From: an uncultured Acidobacteriota bacterium
GTDB lineage: Bacteria > Acidobacteriota > JAQAZP01
Assembly: GCA_963836075.1 (NCBI GenBank)
Contig: CAWIIB010000001.1
Location: 1,920,001 to 1,984,000 of the forward strand
Direction: 5' to 3'
Length of the DNA stretch: 64,000 nucleotides
Part shown: piece after piece, positions 29,390 through 40,084 of the stretch
Position numbering within the stretch: position 1 is the first letter of the stretch
Layout: each line of letters opens with the position of its first letter
Position numbers and translations under genes: made by a program
The notes under the pieces: generated by a model
The model's database searches: none
What the model saw: only the letters and a program-made list of their open reading frames with translations
Told to the model about the DNA's origin: nothing

Positions 29390-31212
29390 GCCGTTCACGC
29401 TCCCCCTGGACCGGTATACCGCTGATGACCCCGAACCGCCACAACCCGCTGCCCGCCGATGAGACCGCGGCCGCGCTGCGCTCGCTGCTCTCGGTCACCC
29501 TGGGCAACCTCTCCCGGGTGCTGGACCTGGAGTGCAACGGCCGGCCGTTGGACACCGGCAAGGTCTGGTTCAGCAGCGGGCCGGAGAACGGGGACGGAAG
29601 CGCCGAGGCCGTCAAGGCGCCCCGGCGCTACTACTATCCCCTGCAGCATTTCCGCGCCGAGGAACCGCGGGCGCTGCTGCTGGACCGCCTGCTGCGCAGC
29701 TGCCTCCGCCTGGGCCGGGTCCACGAGGAGGGGAGTGAGGGCCAGGTGACCGCCTGGTCGCTGCGCGACCTCGAGCACTGGCTGGTGGAGGAGGAAACCG
29801 ACCCGGGGTCGATGCTGGGCAACATCTCCTGGTACTGCAAGGTCAAGTGCAAATTCTGCTACCAGATCGGCCACCCGCCCGAACTGCAGTCACCGCGCTT
29901 CACCACCCCTCGGGAAGAGATCGAGACCAAGATCCGTTACTACCGGCCGGAAAAAAAACAGCGGCTGTTCCACGCCACCAACTACGACACCAACGAGATC
30001 CTGACCTACCCCGGGGTCATCGAGCTGATGCGCCTGCTGCGGGAAAAGACCGACAAGCCGTTCTACAACATCACCACCAACGGCGTCCCGCTCACCGAAC
30101 AGATGATCGGCGATCTCAAACCGCTGCTGCCCTTCGAGCTGGGCATCTCCATCAACTCCACCAACCCGGCCCTGCGCAAGAAACTGATGCGCGACAAGCA
30201 GCCGGAGGTGGCCATCGGCAGCATGAAGCGGCTGCGCGAGGAGAACATCCCCTTCCTGGCCAGCATCGTGGCCTGGCCCGAGTTCAGCATCGAAGACCTG
30301 GAACAGACGATCCGTGACCTGGACCGCTTCCCCCCGGCGGAGATCCGGGTCTGCCTGCCGGGGTACAGCAAATACTTCTCGGCCGAACCGCTGTTCGACC
30401 GCGACGAGGTCTGGCAGGGCATCGTCAACCTGGTGCGCCGGCTGCGCCGGGAACTCACCGTACCGATCATCCCCCTGCCCTCGGTCTACGAGGAGCACCT
30501 GCACGACGAGTTCCACAACCAGCCGTACATCCAGGGCGTGGTGCCCGGTTCGCCGGCCGCTCGGGCCGGTGCCCGCCGCGGCGACGTGCTGGTCAGCGCC
30601 AACAACGTCGGTCTGCCCAACCGGCCGGCCGCCCGCTACGCCGTAACCAAAATGCACGAGGACGGGGTCTCGCTGGTCTGGCTCAAGGTGCTGCGCGGCG
30701 GTGAGGAGACCGACCTGGTGCTCAAGGAAGGTGCGGACAGCTGCTTTGAATATCCCTACACCCGCCACCTGGCCTCGCTGCACCGCATGCCCTACGGCCT
30801 GCTCCTGCCCCAGGGCCTGGGCCACGAGGTCACCGGGCAGATCCGGCATCTGGCGGCCCGCCACCGGGCGGAACGGGTCCTGATCCTCTCCTCCACCCTG
30901 ATGCAGGGACCGATGCAGCAAATGCTGGCCGAAACCGGCGCCATGGAGGGAGTGGAGGTGGAGTGGGCCATCCCCGAGAACAGGTATCTCGGGCCGAACA
31001 TCTTCATGGGCGACCTGCTCACCGTCCAGGACTACGTGGAATTCCTTCGCGATCACCAGGCATCCGGGGCGGCCCGGCCCGACCTGGTGCTGATCCCCGG
31101 TTCGGCATTCTCCACCTGGCGCCGCGACATCACCGGCCGCACCTTCTACGAGATCGGCCGGCTCACCGGCCTGCCGGTGGAGTTGATGCAGGTGACCCGG
31201 ATCTGGGCGTAA
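29386..31212 (+). CDS. Radical SAM protein with PDZ-like and DUF512-like C-terminal region
   Basis: CKVKCKFC (CX3CX2C), ITTNG; IQGVVPGSPAARAG (PDZ-like); ENRYLGPNIFMGDLLTVQD. Confidence 0.85.
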   Translation: MSRSRSPWTGIPLMTPNRHNPLPADETAAALRSLLSVTLGNLSRVLDLECNGRPLDTGKVWFSSGPENGDGSAEAVKAPRRYYYPLQHFRAEEPRALLLDRLLRSCLRLGRVHEEGSEGQVTAWSLRDLEHWLVEEETDPGSMLGNISWYCKVKCKFCYQIGHPPELQSPRFTTPREEIETKIRYYRPEKKQRLFHATNYDTNEILTYPGVIELMRLLREKTDKPFYNITTNGVPLTEQMIGDLKPLLPFELGISINSTNPALRKKLMRDKQPEVAIGSMKRLREENIPFLASIVAWPEFSIEDLEQTIRDLDRFPPAEIRVCLPGYSKYFSAEPLFDRDEVWQGIVNLVRRLRRELTVPIIPLPSVYEEHLHDEFHNQPYIQGVVPGSPAARAGARRGDVLVSANNVGLPNRPAARYAVTKMHEDGVSLVWLKVLRGGEETDLVLKEGADSCFEYPYTRHLASLHRMPYGLLLPQGLGHEVTGQIRHLAARHRAERVLILSSTLMQGPMQQMLAETGAMEGVEVEWAIPENRYLGPNIFMGDLLTVQDYVEFLRDHQASGAARPDLVLIPGSAFSTWRRDITGRTFYEIGRLTGLPVELMQVTRIWA

Positions 31213-31222
31213 CTGGAGCCAG

Positions 31223-33169
31223 ATGAACGAGGTCCACCAGGGCCGCGACCGGACAGCCGAAAAAACGGAGGCCCGTCCGCCGCGAACACGTCGCCGCCGC
31301 GCAATGATCGGCGCCGCCGCCTGCCTGGCCGTGGCACTGGTCGTCGGCCCGACCTACCCGCTGGTGGTCCCGCCGGTGCTGGCCGGAGACGGCTCGGAAT
31401 ACCTGCTGATGCTCCAGTCCTGGTTCGATCACGCCTCACCCGACCTGCGGCAGGCCGACATCGACGCCCTGGACCTTCTGGTTCCCAGCGACCGGCTCTT
31501 CTCCCGGATGGTTGACCCCTGGGCCGGGTTCGTGGAAGCCCGCAACGGCCGGTGGTACAGCATGCACTTCTGGCTCTACCCGCTGCTGGCGGTGCCGGCC
31601 AAGTTCGTCTACCGCATCGCCGGGGTCAGCGAGTTTGGCGCCCTGCAGTCGGTGAACGCCTTCTGCTTCGTCCTGACCTTCTGCTTCGCCTGGGTCCAGG
31701 GCAACCGGGAGCGCTCCCGGCGGCTGCTCTTCATCGCCCTGGCCGTGGTGGGGCCGGTGCTCTGGTTCCTGCGCTGGCCGCATCCCGAACTGTTCACCTG
31801 GTGCTGCGTTATGGTTTCGCTGACCCTGCTGGGCCGCAAACGCCATGGCCTGGCCGCGGCCGCCGCCGCGGTGGGGTCGCTGCAGAACCCGCCGCTGATC
31901 CTCCTCGCCCTGTTACCGCTGGCCATCGCCGCCATATGCCGCCAGAGACGCCAGGCGCTGCAGGCGGCGGCCGGACTGTTGCCGGCCCTGGCGGCACCGC
32001 TCTTCTACCTCTATCACTACGGGACTCCCAGCCTGATCTCCCACTCCGGCGGAGTGGACTTCTTTCTCATCTCACCCATGCGCACCATCAGTTTTTTCGC
32101 CGACCTCAACCAGGGGATGCTGCCCTATGTGCCGCTGCTCCTGCTGCTGGGGGTCGCCGGCGCCGTGACGGCCCTTGTCCGCCGCCACTGGGAATGTGTG
32201 GGCCTCGCGGCGCTCACCGCCTGCATCATCCTTCTGATCCAGACCGCTCCGAACTGGAACAACGGCACGGCCGGGATGCTGCGCTACGCCATCTGGATAA
32301 CCCCGCTGTTCGCCTGGCTGGCCGCCGAGCAGTTGACCATCAAGCGGCGGGCGCTGTGGGGCCTGCTGGTGGCCGGCCTGCTGCTCCAGGCGTTTCTGGT
32401 CTTCAAGGCCGGAGAGGTGGACTACATCAAGACATCGCCCCTGGCCGCCTGGGCCCTGGACCGCTTCCCCGCGCTGGTGCACCCCGAACCGGAAATTTTC
32501 ACCGAACGGCAGGTGGGACGGGACGGGGGCTGGCAGAAAAGGCTGCCGGTTGGTTTCATCGGCTCTGACGGCTCGATGATCAAACTGCTCGCCGGGGAAG
32601 AGTCACTGCCCTGGCTGGCCCGGCGATTCGGTCTGGAGGAAGAACAGGTCCCGGGGATGGTCCACCGGCTGGGTCACCCCTTCCCCGACGTGCTCTACCT
32701 CCACCCGCCGCGCGGACTGATCAAGGTGGTGGAGCCGGAGAGCTGGGGGAAGGAGGCCCTGGAGACAGGTCTCCACTGGGACCTGGTGGACCTGCCGGGC
32801 GCCGTCCTGGATCCTGAAATCCGCTTCCGCATCGAAGTGACCAACAGCGCGCGCTACCGCTTCTGGGGTGAATCCTCCGGGGCCCGCTACCCGCTCACCT
32901 GGATCTGCCGCATCTTCGAGGATTGTGAGGAACTCAGGTTTTTCCCGGTTCACGCCCCGCTGGACATCGCCCCCGGCGAAACCGTCCACCTGCCCGTGCG
33001 GGCCAGACTCCCCCGGCGTCCGGGTACCTTCGACATCGAATTGCAGGCGGCACTGAGAATGCTGGTCTGGGACGATCGGCTGATCAGATTCCGGGTGGAG
33101 GTGCTCGGTGTGGACGACAGAAGCTACCTGGCGCGGGTGGTCCGTGACGGGTCGCAGGATGCCCCTTGA
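31223..33169 (+). CDS. Polytopic membrane protein (GT-C-like) with C-terminal Ig-like domain
   Basis: GDGSEY after TM1, about 10 TM segments, C-terminal LPRRPGTFDIEL beta-sandwich-like segment. Confidence 0.6.
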   Translation: MNEVHQGRDRTAEKTEARPPRTRRRRAMIGAAACLAVALVVGPTYPLVVPPVLAGDGSEYLLMLQSWFDHASPDLRQADIDALDLLVPSDRLFSRMVDPWAGFVEARNGRWYSMHFWLYPLLAVPAKFVYRIAGVSEFGALQSVNAFCFVLTFCFAWVQGNRERSRRLLFIALAVVGPVLWFLRWPHPELFTWCCVMVSLTLLGRKRHGLAAAAAAVGSLQNPPLILLALLPLAIAAICRQRRQALQAAAGLLPALAAPLFYLYHYGTPSLISHSGGVDFFLISPMRTISFFADLNQGMLPYVPLLLLLGVAGAVTALVRRHWECVGLAALTACIILLIQTAPNWNNGTAGMLRYAIWITPLFAWLAAEQLTIKRRALWGLLVAGLLLQAFLVFKAGEVDYIKTSPLAAWALDRFPALVHPEPEIFTERQVGRDGGWQKRLPVGFIGSDGSMIKLLAGEESLPWLARRFGLEEEQVPGMVHRLGHPFPDVLYLHPPRGLIKVVEPESWGKEALETGLHWDLVDLPGAVLDPEIRFRIEVTNSARYRFWGESSGARYPLTWICRIFEDCEELRFFPVHAPLDIAPGETVHLPVRARLPRRPGTFDIELQAALRMLVWDDRLIRFRVEVLGVDDRSYLARVVRDGSQDAP

Positions 33170-34203
33170 CGGTGATTGCTGTTTTCCGCCCCCGGCAGCT
33201 CCCGGGCCAGGCACCGGCTGGCCTTCATGGCGCCGGCGGCATTGAGATGGCCGTAGTCGTAGAAGTCGGCATCGGTCAGGCCCGGCCGCCCATCGTCCAG
33301 GTCGAGGAACGGGATCCCCTCCCGCAGGGCGATCCGCTGGACGTATTCGAGAAACCGGGCATATTCCTCCGGCCGGTACAGGGCGCGGCGATATACCGGA
33401 GTCACCGGCGGGTTGAACAGCGCCAGGTCGATGCCCCGGTTGCGGGTCAACCGGATGATCTCCTCCAGCCCCTCCGCCGCCGCCCCGCCGATCTCGTACT
33501 GCGGCATGAACATGCTGCGCCCCCTGGATCTCATCCCCTGGAGCAGGTCCAGCCGCTCCTCCGCCTCCATCCCCTCCAGGCTCTGCAGTTCCTCCGGGAG
33601 AGCGGGACCATAGTGCGCGCCCCTCAACCTCCGGATCGACGCCAGCTGCCCCTCCTGCCCGCCACGGAAGAGGACGCACCAGGAGCGGAGGTAAAGCGAG
33701 GTCATCCCCCGGAACAGGCCCTGCCCCGCCGCCAGCCACCGCGCAGCTGTGCGCAGCCGCGGGAGGGCACGGACCAGGTCCCCCGTTGACGCGTAGTGGC
33801 GCAGCACGTCAGGGAATCCGCCGTGGTTGGCATTGAGCATTCCCGGCGTGACCTCCAGCACCACCAACTCCGGGCCGCGGTTGCTCTCCAGCACGTCGCG
33901 CAGCACGATGGCCTGGGTCTCCGCGCTCACTCCGCGCTGGCCGAGACAGAAGGCGGTGGCCGGTTCCGCCTGCACCACGGCGGGAATCACCGCCCGGTTG
34001 ACCTTTGACGTACCGAGAAAGAGCACGTCCGGAACCAGACCGTCCCGCTGGTAGACGTAAATTTTCAGTGCCTGGTTGTTGATGAACGGCTGCCAGTAGC
34101 CAAGCCCCAGCCACCGGGCCGCGAACTGGGCCAGCAGCACCAGGCCGAGAAACCCGCCGCAGCGGAGCAGCCAGCGGATTGAAGAATGCCGGGCCATGTT
34201 CAC
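33124..34203 (-). CDS. SGNH-like (AlgJ/DltD/DUF1574-type) partner of the MBOAT
   Basis: FLGTSK and DYGHLNAAGA motifs; directly downstream of the MBOAT. Confidence 0.75.
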   Translation of the reverse strand: MNMARHSSIRWLLRCGGFLGLVLLAQFAARWLGLGYWQPFINNQALKIYVYQRDGLVPDVLFLGTSKVNRAVIPAVVQAEPATAFCLGQRGVSAETQAIVLRDVLESNRGPELVVLEVTPGMLNANHGGFPDVLRHYASTGDLVRALPRLRTAARWLAAGQGLFRGMTSLYLRSWCVLFRGGQEGQLASIRRLRGAHYGPALPEELQSLEGMEAEERLDLLQGMRSRGRSMFMPQYEIGGAAAEGLEEIIRLTRNRGIDLALFNPPVTPVYRRALYRPEEYARFLEYVQRIALREGIPFLDLDDGRPGLTDADFYDYGHLNAAGAMKASRCLARELPGAENSNHRQGASCDPSRTTRAR

Positions 34204-34206
34204 CCC

Positions 34207-35619
34207 TCAGAACTGGAAGTAGTAGTACGGATCGGCTGCTCCTCCCACGGTGACCAGCAGACCGATGACCAGGGCCGCCACAGCCCCCTGGACCGGCGGC
34301 GGCAGCTTGACGAACAGTTCTTCGGCCCCGTGCTTCCAGCGCTCGGGGGCGAACTGGAGCAGGACGGCCAGCAGCAGCAGGGGCAGGACATCGGGGCCCC
34401 ACCGCGGGCCGGCCATGGACTGCCAGGAAGCAGCGACCATCTGTCTCACCGTCCCCAGGTCGGGGGCGCGGAAGAAGAGCGCCGCCACCGCGGTGAGATT
34501 GAAGACCAGCAGGACCCGGGCCACGACGCCGGCAGCCGACACTTCTCCCCCGGCCCCTTTGAACAACAGTTTCCTGACCCTGGCCAGGCACATCAGAACA
34601 CCGTAGAAAAGCCCCCAGATGATGAAGGTCCAGCTGGCCCCGTGCCACAGCCCCACCAGGGCCATCACCAGCAGCAGGTTGACCTGCGTGCGCAGCTCGC
34701 CCTTGCGGGTTCCGCCCAGGGGAAAGAAGAGATAGTCGCGAAACCACGACCCGAGGGTGATGTGCCAGCGCTTCCAGTATTCGGCGATGCTTTGCGCCTT
34801 GTAGGGCGAACGGAAGTTTTCCGGAAGCTCGTAGCCCAGCAGGCGGCCGCAGCCCACAGCGATATCCGAATAGCCGGAGAAATCGTTGTATATCTGAAAC
34901 TTGAAGGCATAGACGGCCAGCAGGCCCCACACCGCGCCATACCCGGCCGGCCCGGCGAACACCGGGTCGACCAGGAGCCGGCCCAGCAGATCGGCGATGA
35001 AAACCTTCTTGGTCAACCCCTTCAGCACGAGGTAGAGCCCTGACCCGGTGCGCCGCTCCGAGGCTGCGGGCCGCCGGTCCAGCTGGGGCAGGAACTGCCG
35101 CGCCCGAACGATGGGGCCGGCCACCAGCTGGGGAAAGAAGGTCACGAAGAGGGCGAAATCGATGAAACTGCGCCGCGGTTCCAGCCGGCCGCGGTAGATG
35201 TCGATGGTGTAGCTCATCGACTGGAAGGTGTAGAAGGAGATCCCCACCGGCAACAGCAGGTCGAGCATGGGCAACGATGGATGGAGCCCCACCGCTTCCA
35301 GCAGGGCGGCCAGGTTATTGACGAAGAACCCGTAGTATTTGAAAACGCCAAGCAGGCCGAGGTTGGCGGTGATACTCAGCGCCAGCAGCAGTTTGCGCCG
35401 CCGGCTGTCGGCCGAGCGGTGGATGGCCGCCCCGAGGACATAGTCCAGCAGGGTGGAGAAGAGGATCAGCCCGAGGTAGCGCACGTTCCAGGCGGCGTAG
35501 AAGACGCAGGACGCCGCCAGCAGCATCAGGTGCCGGGCCTGGCGGTGCCGGGCGAGGATGGCGGAGAACAGCAGCACCAGGATTAGAAAAACGCCGAACT
35601 GTGCCGAGTGGAATAGCAT
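34207..35619 (-). CDS. MBOAT O-acyltransferase (AlgI/PatA family)
   Basis: LPVGISFYTFQSMSY, FFPQLVAGPI, DFSGYSDIA, WKRWHITL, GLWHGA, YYYFQF C-terminus. Confidence 0.95.
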   Translation of the reverse strand: MLFHSAQFGVFLILVLLFSAILARHRQARHLMLLAASCVFYAAWNVRYLGLILFSTLLDYVLGAAIHRSADSRRRKLLLALSITANLGLLGVFKYYGFFVNNLAALLEAVGLHPSLPMLDLLLPVGISFYTFQSMSYTIDIYRGRLEPRRSFIDFALFVTFFPQLVAGPIVRARQFLPQLDRRPAASERRTGSGLYLVLKGLTKKVFIADLLGRLLVDPVFAGPAGYGAVWGLLAVYAFKFQIYNDFSGYSDIAVGCGRLLGYELPENFRSPYKAQSIAEYWKRWHITLGSWFRDYLFFPLGGTRKGELRTQVNLLLVMALVGLWHGASWTFIIWGLFYGVLMCLARVRKLLFKGAGGEVSAAGVVARVLLVFNLTAVAALFFRAPDLGTVRQMVAASWQSMAGPRWGPDVLPLLLLAVLLQFAPERWKHGAEELFVKLPPPVQGAVAALVIGLLVTVGGAADPYYYFQF

Positions 35620-35684
35620 GCCCCTACCATGAAGATTCCAGGGTGCGGGCAGTATACAGCACTGCGGAACAGCACCGGCGGGAC

Positions 35685-37080
35685 CTACTGGTCCCTGGCC
35701 AGCGCCTCGCGTTTCTTGCGGGTTATGGTCTGCAGCAACTGGTATTCGTCGCGGATTTGGCGGGCCTTGCCCAGTCCCTCCATGATCTGGTCGGCGGAGA
35801 AGTTCTCCAGCTCGCAGACCGGCAGGTCACCGGAAGCGAAGTCCTCCCAGTTGTCGGTGAGCATGCGCAGCCCCAACTTTTCCCGATTCTCGTAGATATG
35901 GGTGCCGGGGTAGGGATAGAAGATGGAGATGTCGATGCCGTCGTGGAGGTCCTGCTCCCAGAGGGTGCGCATGGCCTTGAGTGAGATGTCGAACTCGGCC
36001 GGATCTTCGCCGGGATGGCCGATGATCCAGAGGGTGTGGACGCCGAAACCATAGTCCTTGGCCATGCGGCAGGCCTCCAGGGCCTTGTCCCAGGAAGTGC
36101 GCTTGTTCATCATCTCCAGCACCTTTGGCGAAGCGCTCTCGATACCGAAGGAGACTGAGCGGATCTTGCCCGTGCTGCGCAACGACTCGAACAGCCCGGG
36201 GGAGACGTGGTCGGTGCGCAGGTGCACGTAGGTCTCGAGGTTCAACTCCAAGTCACGGAGGCCGGCGCAGATGTCGGTGCAATACTGCTTGCGGGAGTTG
36301 AACAGGCTGTCCTGGAAGGCCACCACCTGGTCCTGGTAGTTCTCGGAGATGAAGCGTAGTTCGGCCATGATGTCTTCCACCCGCCGGCCGCGGGTTTTCC
36401 GGCCCCAGAAGACCCCCTCGGCGCAGAAGTGGCAGTTGAAGGGACAGCCGCGGGTAAAAACCATGGGGATCCACGAGCGGTTGACGAAGTCGTGGGGCAG
36501 CATGGTGTAGTCGGGCACCGGCAGTTCGCTGAGGTCGCCGAAGGACCGTGTGCGGGTTCTGCACCGCCTGGCCGTCGGCGCCGCGCCAGGTGATGCCGGC
36601 AATACCGGAGAAGTCTCGCGAACTGTCGAGCGTGGACATCACTTCGCTCATCGTCCACTCGCCCTCCTTGCGCACCACCATGTCCAGCGCCGCCCCCTCC
36701 TCGAGGCTCTGCCGGTCGTAAAAGCTGACGTGGGGCCCGCCCACCACGGTGACCACCTCGGGATCCACGCTCTTCACGTGGGCCATCACCTCCAGCGCCA
36801 TGGGGTATTCCGCGGAAAAGACCGTGGCCCCCACCAGCTGGGGCTGGTACTGCTCCATCAGCGCCGTCACCGCCTTTTTCACCGCTTTCATCAGCACCGT
36901 CCGGTGCGGCGCCAGCGGGATGCCGTACTCCTCGAGCACGGTGAAGTCCAGCGGCACGACCTCGCACTGGTGGCCCTGCCGCCTGAGGTGGGTGGCGATG
37001 GAGAGCGGTCCCTGGGGGATGCAGAAGCGCCCCCGCTGGACGCCGAAGAGCGGCATTTGCAGTAGTAAGGCCCTGGCCAA
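35685..37080 (-). CDS. Cobalamin-binding radical SAM protein; one frameshift near 36550
   Basis: N-half in one frame (VVGGPHVS, VVRKEGE), C-half in another (TRGCPFNCHFC, GIES, PYPGT); TTG start with GGAGG RBS. Confidence 0.85.
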
Positions 37081-37223
37081 GACATGTCCTCCCGGTGTGA
37101 AGCGAAAACACCCCGGCAAACCGATCAGCCGGGGTGAAGAATCAATATTATATCACGGAGACGGGCAGCCACCAGATGTCACTTTTTGGGGTCAGGCACC
37201 GAAAGTGGACAAATTTCGCATAG

Positions 37224-37571
37224 TTATCGGTTTCGCGATGGCAAGATACCTTGAGCGATGCGGACAAAGAGAACCGCGGCAAAACCCCAGGCAAAAGGCA
37301 GCCAGAGTGGGATATTGAAAAAGCTGGGTGCTGCATAGGTCCAGATTCCCAACCTGGTGGCAATAATCTCGGTGAAGGGCCCCAGAACAGCTCCCACCAG
37401 GTATACGGCAAAATCCCCCTTCTCCCTCCAGAAACAGGACCTGACCAGAAACAGGCCCACAACAGCAACGGCGGCCAGCAGATTGTTCCGCCAGAAGAGC
37501 ACCAGCAACAGGATGGCCAGGCCAAAGATCAGAACGTCCCTGAATGCGCCAACATACTGTTTTTTCATCAT
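37224..37571 (-). CDS. Small 4-TM membrane protein (DUF2878-like)
   Basis: GPFTEIIA..GIWTY...IPLWLPFAWG pattern. Confidence 0.65.
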   Translation of the reverse strand: MMKKQYVGAFRDVLIFGLAILLLVLFWRNNLLAAVAVVGLFLVRSCFWREKGDFAVYLVGAVLGPFTEIIATRLGIWTYAAPSFFNIPLWLPFAWGFAAVLFVRIAQGILPSRNR

Positions 37572-37681
37572 TTTCAAAGCATAGGGAATTCCAGTTTCGG
37601 CGTCAAGATCTGCCCGGCTTGATGCCGGTCTGGACTGTGCCGATAAGAACATGGGTAATTGTAATAAACAGGAGCAGTTAG

Positions 37682-39475
37682 ATGCCGGACAGAATCGGCC
37701 GCTACGACATCATGGAGACACTCGGCGAGGGAACGACGGGTGTCGTGTACAAGGCCAGGGATTCAAAATTCAACCGCATCGTCGCTTTGAAAGCGCTCAG
37801 CATCGGCGGGGAAATTCCTGAAAAGGAACGGGTTGAATTTTTACAGCGCTTCTCCGTCGAGGCACACGCCGCCGGCAACCTCCCGCACCCGAACATCGTC
37901 ACGATCTATGACACCGACGTCGATTCCCGCCGGCAGGTTCCGTTTATCACCATGGAATACGTGGAGGGCCGGTCCCTGGAGGACCTGCTGCAGGAGGATG
38001 GATCGTTTTCGGCGAACAAGGCCCTGGACATCACCATCCAGGTGGCCGAAGGACTGGGTTTCGCGCACAAGAGAGAGATCGTGCACCGTGACATCAAACC
38101 GGCAAACATCCTGCTGGACGGCAACGGCACGGTGAAAATCACCGACTTCGGCATCGCCAGGGTCTCCACCTCCACGCTCACCACGTCGGGGCAGTTCCTC
38201 GGCACACCGACCTACATGTCTCCCGAACAGGTTTTCGGGGATCAGGTTGACGGCCGCAGCGACCTCTTCTCTCTCGCTATCGTCCTCTACCAGATGATCA
38301 CCGGCGAGCTACCATTTCCGGGCAACAACATCACCACAATCGCCTACAAGATCGTGAACACCACCCCCCCTCCCCCGACGCACATCAACTACTGTCTCGC
38401 GGACGGGTTCGATGCCCTCCTGTCCAGAGGCATGGCCAAAAAGCCGGCCGAGCGGTTCCAGACGGCCAACCAGATGATCGCCGAGCTGAAACGGCTGCAC
38501 CAGGTGAACGTCCCGGCGGACGCTCCGGTGCGGCCGCCTGAAGGTCGTGATGGCTCATCCGGGAAAAGCACCCAGGTCGCGTCCCCGGCGCCCCTTCCCG
38601 CCACGAAAAAGACCGTGAGCATCCGGGAGCCACTCCTGCCGGTGAAGCCACCGTCGGCGACCCGCCCAAAAGATCTGATGCCGCACGTTTTCGACAAGCG
38701 GAGCGTGAGGAACGTGCTGCTCGGTATGGCGACAGGTATGGCTGCACTGCTCCTCTTTATTTTCACCTCCCCGCTGCTGACCACCAGCATCAACGAACCC
38801 CCGCTCCCGCCGCCGCGCATTCCGCAGCCGCAGATCGTAAAAAAATACGACATGGCCATGCTGGCGGCGTACTCCTCACCGGCGGAGTGGCCCACGGATC
38901 CTTCCGTGGAAAACGCCTTTCTGAAGTTCCTGGAAGGGGACGAGCCACCGGGACGGAACAGCACAGCGAGCAAGGCCCCGCAGGAAACCAACGAGATCGA
39001 GGGAGCACAGCGGGCCTCGGAGAACAACCGGGACGGAATGGCCGAGACCCGGCATGCCGGGGACGTGCTCCACAGTGGGCTTGATTCGATTGAGTATCCG
39101 GAGGCTGATCCGGCCGGGATGCTCAACCTGGTTTTCCGCCACCCCTATGAATCGGGGCGGCTGCTCCTCTATGCCGACAACCAGCTGGTCTACGAGAGTT
39201 CGCTGGGCCAGTCGGATGAGGAGGACAGCGCCTTCAGTAAAAAAATGAAAACTTTCGGCAGAAAGTTGAAGCTGGCCCGGCACAAGGCTGCCGGGATCAG
39301 AATTCCGGTGGGCAGCTACACCATCGAAGTGGAAGTGGTGCGGCCCGATGGATCGGTGTTGCCCCGGGCCGGCCTGGCCGCTGAGTTCGAGAGCGAGCAG
39401 GAGAGGAACCTCTCCATTTTGTGCAGCCGCAGGAAATCGAAGCAGCTTCAACTGGAGTGGGAGCGCACGGAATAA
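37682..39475 (+). CDS. Hanks-type Ser/Thr protein kinase with TM helix and extracytoplasmic domain
   Basis: LGEGTTGVVY, VALK, HRDIKPAN, DFG, GTPTYMSPE. Confidence 0.95.
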   Translation: MPDRIGRYDIMETLGEGTTGVVYKARDSKFNRIVALKALSIGGEIPEKERVEFLQRFSVEAHAAGNLPHPNIVTIYDTDVDSRRQVPFITMEYVEGRSLEDLLQEDGSFSANKALDITIQVAEGLGFAHKREIVHRDIKPANILLDGNGTVKITDFGIARVSTSTLTTSGQFLGTPTYMSPEQVFGDQVDGRSDLFSLAIVLYQMITGELPFPGNNITTIAYKIVNTTPPPPTHINYCLADGFDALLSRGMAKKPAERFQTANQMIAELKRLHQVNVPADAPVRPPEGRDGSSGKSTQVASPAPLPATKKTVSIREPLLPVKPPSATRPKDLMPHVFDKRSVRNVLLGMATGMAALLLFIFTSPLLTTSINEPPLPPPRIPQPQIVKKYDMAMLAAYSSPAEWPTDPSVENAFLKFLEGDEPPGRNSTASKAPQETNEIEGAQRASENNRDGMAETRHAGDVLHSGLDSIEYPEADPAGMLNLVFRHPYESGRLLLYADNQLVYESSLGQSDEEDSAFSKKMKTFGRKLKLARHKAAGIRIPVGSYTIEVEVVRPDGSVLPRAGLAAEFESEQERNLSILCSRRKSKQLQLEWERTE

Positions 39476-39486
39476 CGGGTCTGCGC

Positions 39487-40065
39487 CTATCCACTCCCGG
39501 CATCCGCCAGGCAGGCCTTCGCTTTCCCGATCCAGCTGGTCAGCCGCTCATCCGGCCCCCGGTCCAGTTCCTTCTCCCAGGTTTCGATGGCCCGGGCATA
39601 GTCACCCTTTTTGAAGTAGACGAGGCCCAGATTGAAGCGGACGTCGGACAGGTTGAGGGCAATTCTCGTCTTCCTGTCCGGGTCTGAACCGGAGCCGGGT
39701 TGACCGGGCATCCGTCCCGCTGCGGCTCCCGGCCGTGAACCGTCGCCATCATCGCCGGAGAGAAACTTCAGTATGGTTTTTCCGGCTTTGATCAGGTCAC
39801 CGGAGTTGAGGAGCACGGCACCGGTAATCCGTTCACCGTTGAGAAACGTTCCGTTGGTGCTGCCGATATCTTCCACGTAAAAGCTCCCCGCGCGGACAAG
39901 GACCCTCAGGTGCCTTCCCGACACCTGCTCGTCATCGGTCAGGACGATGTCATTGGACTGTTCCCGGCCCAGATACTGCGTCGTTTTCCGGAGATCATGC
40001 TCCCGGATATCGTCCCCGCTCCTGAGAACCAGTCGTGCACCGGGGGTTGCCGTGGACCCGTTCAT
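39487..40065 (-). CDS. FHA-domain protein with C-terminal TPR
   Basis: LGR, VSGRH, DIGSTNGTFLNG; FNLGLVYFKKGDYARAIETW. Confidence 0.9.
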   Translation of the reverse strand: MNGSTATPGARLVLRSGDDIREHDLRKTTQYLGREQSNDIVLTDDEQVSGRHLRVLVRAGSFYVEDIGSTNGTFLNGERITGAVLLNSGDLIKAGKTILKFLSGDDGDGSRPGAAAGRMPGQPGSGSDPDRKTRIALNLSDVRFNLGLVYFKKGDYARAIETWEKELDRGPDERLTSWIGKAKACLADAGSG

Positions 40066-40084
40066 ACTTTCCTCCGTCGCGCAC

